Position numbers and translations under genes: made by a program. The notes beneath the pieces were generated by a model. That model worked only from the letters and a program-made list of their open reading frames with translations. It was not told the DNA's origin and did not search any database. A stretch of DNA of 40,382 bases from NCBI GenBank assembly GCA_043776145.1, contig JAYVRQ010000742.1:1-40382 (forward strand), in the 5' to 3' direction. Below are positions 35,483 to 40,382 of the stretch, in pieces. Source of the stretch: Chthoniobacteraceae bacterium. GTDB lineage: Bacteria; Verrucomicrobiota; Verrucomicrobiia; Chthoniobacterales; Chthoniobacteraceae. Positions within the stretch are counted from its first letter, which is position 1, and every line of letters starts with the position of its first letter.

Positions 35483-36615
35483 TAGACTGCGGGCTGCGAG
35501 AAGGTGAGATACCACGCGAGAATTTGCGGCCCCGCAAACACCCACACGAGCGCGCCGAGCGCGAGGTACGGACCGAAGGGAATCTTCGCGGACCACTCGC
35601 GCTTGCCGAGCGCGATGGTCGAGAGTCCCACGACCGCGCCGAAGGTCGAGCCGGCCATGATGGTAAAGAGCACCGCCTTCCAGCCAAGGAACGCGCCGAT
35701 CGCTGCGATGAATTTCACGTCGCCGAATCCCATCGCCTCGCGCGGGATGGTGATCTCCTTCACCGATCCCGTGATCGTGTCGAGCTTGCTGAGTTCCCAC
35801 GATTTCTCGCCGACCTGCACGCGGTCGTAGTGAAATTCGAGCGTCACGTTTTCAAAATGCGCGCCGTCGATTTCCGCCGACTCGCACTGCATCAGTAGCC
35901 GGTCGGTTTCGCGCGCGAAGAATTCGCTCCACGGCTGCTTGTCGTCGCCGACATGAAGTTCGGCGTCGTCGCCGTGCCGCGTCCAGGTGAAGCCCTCGGC
36001 CTTTTCCAAAACGACGCGCTTTTTTCCAAAGAGCTTTTTCCCCAACTCGACCACGCCCCACAGCAGCAGGTAGCCGAACGCCGCGCCGGCGAGCGACCAG
36101 CCCGCGGCGACGAGATTCGAGTCGGTGCCCATCAGCGTCGGGATGGCGAGGCTGAGCACGATCCCCGCGATCACGCCGCCCCAGGTGATTTCATCCGGGA
36201 TGATGAAGAACTCGAAGTCGATGAACGTCGCGATGACGAGCAGGCTGACGAGAATCCAAAACGGCAGCGCGAGCACCCACGCCTGCGGCCACACCTTCCA
36301 CCACACGCCGAGAAAGAGCAGCCCCGTGAGCAACTCGACGCCGAAGTAACGGAACGAAATTCCCGCGCCGCAATTAGCGCACTTCCCGCGCAGCGCGAGC
36401 CACGAGACGAGCGGAATGTTGTACCAGAACGGGATTTGGTATTTGCACTTCGGGCAGAAGGAACGGCGCGGTTCGTTCACGGAAAGATCGCGCGGCATCC
36501 GGTAAATGCAGACGTTCAGGAACGAGCCGATCGCCGCGCCGAGCACGAATGCGAACGCCGAAAACAAATACGCATAGTAGGCCGGAGGCACGGCGGCAGT
36601 GAATGCGCCGGGCAT
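35482..36615 (-). CDS. Prepilin peptidase (A24 family, PilD/GspO-like) with a large internal insertion
   Basis: GSFLNVCIYRMP. The Zn-type Cys pairs are CPKCKYQ and CANCG (C54/C57/C79/C82). The first catalytic Asp lies in ATFIDFEFFIIPDE (D133) and the second in AMGFGDVKFIAAIGAFLGW (D299). Confidence 0.9.
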   Translation of the reverse strand: MPGAFTAAVPPAYYAYLFSAFAFVLGAAIGSFLNVCIYRMPRDLSVNEPRRSFCPKCKYQIPFWYNIPLVSWLALRGKCANCGAGISFRYFGVELLTGLLFLGVWWKVWPQAWVLALPFWILVSLLVIATFIDFEFFIIPDEITWGGVIAGIVLSLAIPTLMGTDSNLVAAGWSLAGAAFGYLLLWGVVELGKKLFGKKRVVLEKAEGFTWTRHGDDAELHVGDDKQPWSEFFARETDRLLMQCESAEIDGAHFENVTLEFHYDRVQVGEKSWELSKLDTITGSVKEITIPREAMGFGDVKFIAAIGAFLGWKAVLFTIMAGSTFGAVVGLSTIALGKREWSAKIPFGPYLALGALVWVFAGPQILAWYLTFSQPAV

Positions 36616-36727
36616 GGATCGGTCAATCGAAAGCAGCGCGGAAAGCGCGGCTCGACACGATCAGCGTGTGGCTTCAGGCACTGCCGTGCCCGCTGGATGG
36701 GTGCGTTCGGGAATCGGCGACCGACCT

Positions 36728-37696
36728 TTAGCGACTATGACGGAGGCAGCGAATGAGTTGCTGGAAGCAGTGGTCATCGTTCATGCCGGGCAGACGGGTT
36801 GTGAGTAATGAATACGCGCTGGCGGAAATCTCCAATGGCTCTGCTGGGTCGTCGGCAATAACGGGACGGGACTCGACGGGAGGCAGACCGGCCAGCGTCC
36901 GCTCGATGGCGGCGGCGACGGCATCGGGTGACGCGGAACCGATGAGTTGCGCGAGGTCGTCGCGGGTCGTCTGCGAAATCCAGCAGCGCACGCGGTCATC
37001 GGTGATGACTTCGCCGATGACGGTGAAGATGTAGAGGTGTGGGTCGTTTGGCGGAGGCACGTCGAAGTAAGGTTGAATCTTCGCGCCCGCCGCAGTGGTG
37101 ACGGAATACCGCTTCTTGCCCGTGGCACGTTCGTAAATCCATAGGTTGCGGCTGCCTTTTCGGGAACCGCCACCGCTCTCGACCCACTCGGCAGTGAAGT
37201 GGTCGGGATTCGGGGCGGCCATGCGCTCCTCGAAATAAAGAAACTGACGCAAACTTTCCTGCCACAGCAGCCAGCCGGTTCTCATGTCGGGCTGTGAATC
37301 GGGTGTTGCGCTCTCGCGGACTTTTTCCCGCCGCTGTTCGATGAGCGCGCCGTATTGGGTGAGGATGTCGCGCATTGCAGCAGTGGCGCTTACACGGCCA
37401 GTCGGCACGCGGATGGAGCGCGTGGCGGCGGGGTGCATTAGCGTTTCGCCGCAGGCTTGTGCGATGTTGGTGTTCGAGCGGTAGCAGGGCATCTTGTGCT
37501 CAACGCCGAGACCCTCGTGCATCACATCAATGTTCAGGTTGCTCCAGCCGCGAACCGGGATGGCTTTGGCGCGGCAATACACATCGGCCCAATCGCCTTC
37601 CTCCAGTTTCCGGCCCATCATCCGCGCGACACAAGCGGCGAGCAGGCGATGGACAGTGACACGTTCGGCATCGTTGAAAGCAGCGAGGGCGGGCAT
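36728..37696 (-). CDS. Uncharacterised protein, candidate PD-(D/E)XK restriction endonuclease partner of the adjacent methyltransferase
   Basis: The ATG (complement of 37694-37696) lies 2 nt after the methyltransferase stop. The only nameable motif is LNID57-VMHEGLGV-E66-H-K68 (nt 37493-37528). The rest (about 250 aa) matches no family I can name. The track start 37846 gives an Arg-rich extension that overlaps the methyltransferase gene in a different reading frame, so I rejected it. Confidence 0.45.
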   Translation of the reverse strand: MPALAAFNDAERVTVHRLLAACVARMMGRKLEEGDWADVYCRAKAIPVRGWSNLNIDVMHEGLGVEHKMPCYRSNTNIAQACGETLMHPAATRSIRVPTGRVSATAAMRDILTQYGALIEQRREKVRESATPDSQPDMRTGWLLWQESLRQFLYFEERMAAPNPDHFTAEWVESGGGSRKGSRNLWIYERATGKKRYSVTTAAGAKIQPYFDVPPPNDPHLYIFTVIGEVITDDRVRCWISQTTRDDLAQLIGSASPDAVAAAIERTLAGLPPVESRPVIADDPAEPLEISASAYSLLTTRLPGMNDDHCFQQLIRCLRHSR

Positions 37697-37698
37697 CG

Positions 37699-39507
37699 TC
37701 AAAGCAGTGTGGCCTGCAGCGGCGCGAGTTTCATCCCGGCGACGGCCCGTGCGGCGTGCGCGCGGAAGTCCTCGAACCCGACCGCTCCACCATCGGCGGC
37801 GAGAGATTCCGCGAGCCATTCCGCGTGAAGTTTGCGGAAGTCCCATTCATCGGCGCGGGCGACATGGAGGTAGTGGACCTGGTAGCGACCCGGCGACTCG
37901 CTGATGCGGTTGCGGATGAACTCGACGATTTCACCCGCCGTCGCCGCAGCATGACCGTTTGCGTTCGTGGCGCGCTCTCCTTTGCGGCAGTGCAGCACGA
38001 GGTCGTAACCGACCGCGTTTTCGGAGACGAATTGTTTGAAGGTGCCGTGCTCCTTGTCGAAGGTCTGCGTGCCGTGAATGGCAAAGCCCGCGGCGTTCAC
38101 GGCGGCTTGCAGTGCGGCCCATACGGCGCGCGAGGAATTGTGAAAGACGACGCTCATCCAGCCATCGCTTTTGAGCACGCGGCGGCACTCGCGAAAGCCC
38201 CGCGTGAGCAGCGTTTGATATTCCGCGACCCCTTTGCCCTGCACGGCGTTGACGATGGCTTCGTCGCGCGTGTCGGTGTGCTGCCGGAGCCAGCTTTCCC
38301 AAAGAAAATTCATCTCCGAGTAGTTGATGTTTCCGCCGAAAGGCGGGTCGGTGAAAACGTAATCCACCGAGCCATCGGCGATGTGCGAAAGGTCGCACGC
38401 GGAGGCTGTGCGAACTTGCACGTCGCGTCGCAAGCGGGGCGCACTTTGGAAATACCAACTGATCGTGTTCGCCTTGCGCGCAAAGGTGCGAAAAACGTTT
38501 TGTTCGTTGGAAATGAAGGGGACGTTGTAGTTCGCGGTGTTGCTGCTGCCGCCCCAAAAGCGGAACTCCGAGAAGTGCGTGATGCGTTGATAGAGCGAGG
38601 TCAGCGTGAACAGCAGCTTCCCGGACATCTCGGTATCGGGCCACTCCAGCGCGCGCTTCCAAAGCCACGCCATCGCCCGCAGTGCGCGCGGTGTGTAGGC
38701 TTGGTCCACGCGCTCGATGCCCGCCGCGCGTGGCTGGCGCGTGTTCATGCCGTCGGGGAACTTATTGCGCGGATACCACAGACCGCGCGGCATCCCCTCG
38801 GCCGCGATGCGGGCCAGCGTCGCGCAGTCAGCTTCACAAAGCCCGGCGGTCTGCTCTTTCAATCCACGCCCGCAACATTTGTAGCCGACTTGAACGGGAT
38901 AACGCCGGGTGCGTTTGATACCGCGCTTGCGGACATGCTTCGCGCAGTGCGGACAGGGAAACTCAGACAGAATTTTGCTCTCGCGCACGCTCGGTTTTTC
39001 GTCGCGGGCTACGTCCCACATGACGAACTCGCAATCGCAGTGCGGACAAACCACGCCGTAGCTCCAAACGGTGTAGAGCATTGGCGTGAGCGTGCCACAG
39101 CTACGACATGGCGTGTGGTATAATTCAGCTTCAAGCTCTGCCGCATCCGTGAGCAGGAGGCGCACGGCTTTCAGGTAATGCTCGGCGTCCACGGGCGAGT
39201 TGAGATGCTGTGCGATGAAAGTCGCCGCTGGCGACAAATCGCTGAGCCACGCGCTCCGTCCTAGATTGCCCGCGGCGATGCCGGTCATGCCCGAGCCGCA
39301 AAACGGATCAAGGACGACTTCCCCCGGTTTCGTGTAATACTCGATGAGTTTCGCGATGCCATCCGGCGGCACCTTCGTGTGGTAGGTGTGCGCGTCATAC
39401 ACGTAGGTGTTCTTGCCCGCGCGGATGTTGCCGCAAAAAGGTTTCGCAACCGCATCGCTGGTTTCGCGACTCGCCGCATTTTTCGGATCTTCACGCAACA
39501 CGAGCAC
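37699..39507 (-). CDS. DNA amino-methyltransferase (probable N6-adenine), alpha motif order with a Cys-rich target-recognition insert
   Basis: HTYHTKVPP...VVLDPFCGSGMTGIAA (aa 41-78, nt 39289-39309 for DPFCGSG). FTDPPFGGNINY (aa 385-396, DPPF at nt 38338-38349). CxxC pairs are C134/C137, C154/C157 and C185/C188, plus C211/C212. GTG start. Confidence 0.85.
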   Translation of the reverse strand: MLVLREDPKNAASRETSDAVAKPFCGNIRAGKNTYVYDAHTYHTKVPPDGIAKLIEYYTKPGEVVLDPFCGSGMTGIAAGNLGRSAWLSDLSPAATFIAQHLNSPVDAEHYLKAVRLLLTDAAELEAELYHTPCRSCGTLTPMLYTVWSYGVVCPHCDCEFVMWDVARDEKPSVRESKILSEFPCPHCAKHVRKRGIKRTRRYPVQVGYKCCGRGLKEQTAGLCEADCATLARIAAEGMPRGLWYPRNKFPDGMNTRQPRAAGIERVDQAYTPRALRAMAWLWKRALEWPDTEMSGKLLFTLTSLYQRITHFSEFRFWGGSSNTANYNVPFISNEQNVFRTFARKANTISWYFQSAPRLRRDVQVRTASACDLSHIADGSVDYVFTDPPFGGNINYSEMNFLWESWLRQHTDTRDEAIVNAVQGKGVAEYQTLLTRGFRECRRVLKSDGWMSVVFHNSSRAVWAALQAAVNAAGFAIHGTQTFDKEHGTFKQFVSENAVGYDLVLHCRKGERATNANGHAAATAGEIVEFIRNRISESPGRYQVHYLHVARADEWDFRKLHAEWLAESLAADGGAVGFEDFRAHAARAVAGMKLAPLQATLL

Positions 39508-39717
39508 AGCAGAATTGTCCGGCTTCGGGTTGACCTGTTTCTCCGCTTTTTTTACCTTCCGCCTGTACGGAGCGACGGGCTTTGGCTTGGTGGGTTTCTT
39601 TTTCGTCTAGCGGTGCATTGAGCGTGGCAGAATCGCCAAGGGTGTCGAGTAAGGTGAGACGGCGGGATTCGTCGGAAACGGCGGAATCGAGTCCGCCAAC
39701 CGCCACTGCGTTTTCCG

Positions 39718-40382
39718 TCAGGGCTCTGCGCGGCGCGGGTTCCAATAGCCGTTGTTTTCGTCGGGGCCGAACCAGCCGAGATTTTTCCCCTTGGTGTCGC
39801 CGTCGTGCGGATTCGTGCCTTCAGGGCGGTCGAGGGGGAACTCGAAGCTGACGTGCCCGTCGCACCATGCGGCGAGCGCCTTTCCCTCGAAACGAAAATG
39901 CACCGTGGGCGAGGGGCGGTCGCCTTCGGGGCCGTTGCCAAAATCCCACGCAGGCGGCTCGCAGTAGGGATATTCCTGGAGCCCTTTCGCGCGTGCGTAG
40001 GCGGTCGAGGTGAACATCACGGTGGTCGCAGGGCGCTCGATGTTGGCGGAGGTGGCGGAGACGCGCGTGCCGTCGGGATTCCAGCGCAGGTCGGGCGTGC
40101 CGCCGATGTAGGTGGCGTTGTAGCCGTAGCCGCCGGTGCCTTCCTCGAAGGTGCCGCTGCCTTTTAGCATGTCCTGAAAAACGGGGCATGGCGTGATGGC
40201 GCGCGATTTTCCGAGGTAGGGCGCGAGGAAGCCTTTCGCGGGATCGAAGACGCCTTTCGAGGAAGTCCGCGCGCCGTGCCAGCGGCGGAGGTTCTTCTTG
40301 TCGTCGGCGGGGGCGTAGCGGCCGTTGTCGGCGAGGTAGGCGATGTTGGCGAGGACGAGCGCGCGAATGTTGTTCGCGCTGT
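39718..40382 (-). CDS. Prepilin-type (type II secretion pseudopilin-like) protein, 5' end outside the window
   Basis: The frame stays open from the listed Met (40170) up to the window edge (SANNIRALVLANIAYLADNGRYAPADDKKNLRRWHGAR...). The C-terminal FEGKALAAWCDGHVSFEF resembles the DGHV end of the H-X9-DG/DUF1559-style pseudopilin-like families abundant in PVC bacteria. The N-terminal leader is not visible. Confidence 0.6.
   Translation of the reverse strand, partial: SANNIRALVLANIAYLADNGRYAPADDKKNLRRWHGARTSSKGVFDPAKGFLAPYLGKSRAITPCPVFQDMLKGSGTFEEGTGGYGYNATYIGGTPDLRWNPDGTRVSATSANIERPATTVMFTSTAYARAKGLQEYPYCEPPAWDFGNGPEGDRPSPTVHFRFEGKALAAWCDGHVSFEFPLDRPEGTNPHDGDTKGKNLGWFGPDENNGYWNPRRAEP

Noticed and set aside
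36616-36727. In the spacer between the putative nuclease gene and the prepilin peptidase gene, the minus strand has a direct repeat CCGCGCT-TT-CCGCGCT and a small hairpin GGCAC-GGCA-GTGCC. These could be terminator or operator elements.
   Set aside because: The hairpin lacks a following T-run. The repeat is short and GC-rich in a GC-rich genome. I found no matching repeat on the other flank (39508-39717) that would indicate a target-site duplication.
39680-39705. GGCGGAATCGAGTCCGCCAACCGCCA resembles a tRNA T-arm plus 3' acceptor end. It could be an att-site remnant beside the methyltransferase module.
   Set aside because: The loop has 8 nt (AATCGAGT) rather than the canonical 7. No matching 5' acceptor, D-arm or anticodon arm lies upstream. 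No intact tRNA, integrase or second repeat copy is in the window.
39491-39745. An 84-aa minus-strand ORF upstream of and overlapping the methyltransferase start could be a controller (C) protein or small regulator.
   Set aside because: It has no helix-turn-helix-like segment. It overlaps both the methyltransferase start and the end of the pseudopilin-like gene, and its composition is typical of a chance frame.
1-40382. I searched by eye for CRISPR arrays, rRNA/tRNA genes, IS elements, integrases and prophage genes.
   Set aside because: I saw no regularly spaced repeats and no RNA-gene-like conserved blocks. No ORF has transposase, integrase or phage hallmarks. The absence is by inspection only and should be confirmed with tRNAscan, Infernal and ISfinder-type tools.

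Overview
The window is a high-GC chromosomal segment that looks PVC-group or Verrucomicrobiota-like. The lineage call is an inference from a PEP-CTERM cargo protein, a DGHV-type pseudopilin-like gene and frequent GTG/TTG starts. About 80% of the window (462-32865) is one co-directional, tightly packed surface-polysaccharide locus of about 29 plus-strand genes. It contains a PEP-CTERM protein, a Wzy_C/O-antigen-ligase-type membrane protein with a long helical-repeat tail, a beta-barrel candidate next to a short Wza-like OPX protein, and a Wzc-like tyrosine autokinase. It also contains glf-wzm-wzt (galactofuranose supply plus ABC exporter with a Wzt C-terminal extension), 10 glycosyltransferases (9 GT-B/GT4-like, 1 GT2) and a second Wzy_C protein. 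Decoration genes are 3-4 FkbM-type methyltransferases, a sulfotransferase, two hexapeptide acetyltransferases, one acyltransferase-3 protein and a Tyv/RfbE-like epimerase. I recognise no Wzx flippase and no initiating phosphoglycosyl transferase. The right-hand 7.5 kb is on the minus strand. It holds a sugar ABC binding protein plus ATPase pair with no permease, whose ATPase gene overlaps the last glycosyltransferase convergently by 18 bp. It also holds a prepilin peptidase with a roughly 100-aa insertion between its catalytic Asp residues, a 2-nt-spaced pair of an alpha-order amino-methyltransferase and an uncharacterised 322-aa partner with a PD-(D/E)XK-like motif, and a 5'-truncated pseudopilin-like gene. 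I recognised no rRNA or tRNA genes, CRISPR arrays, transposases or integrases. The best candidates for new biology are (1) the methyltransferase/unknown-partner module at 36728-39507, and (2) the hybrid polysaccharide locus, which is heavily methylated, sulfated and acylated and has GC-mosaic structure. All functional calls come from motif recognition by eye. No database search was run.
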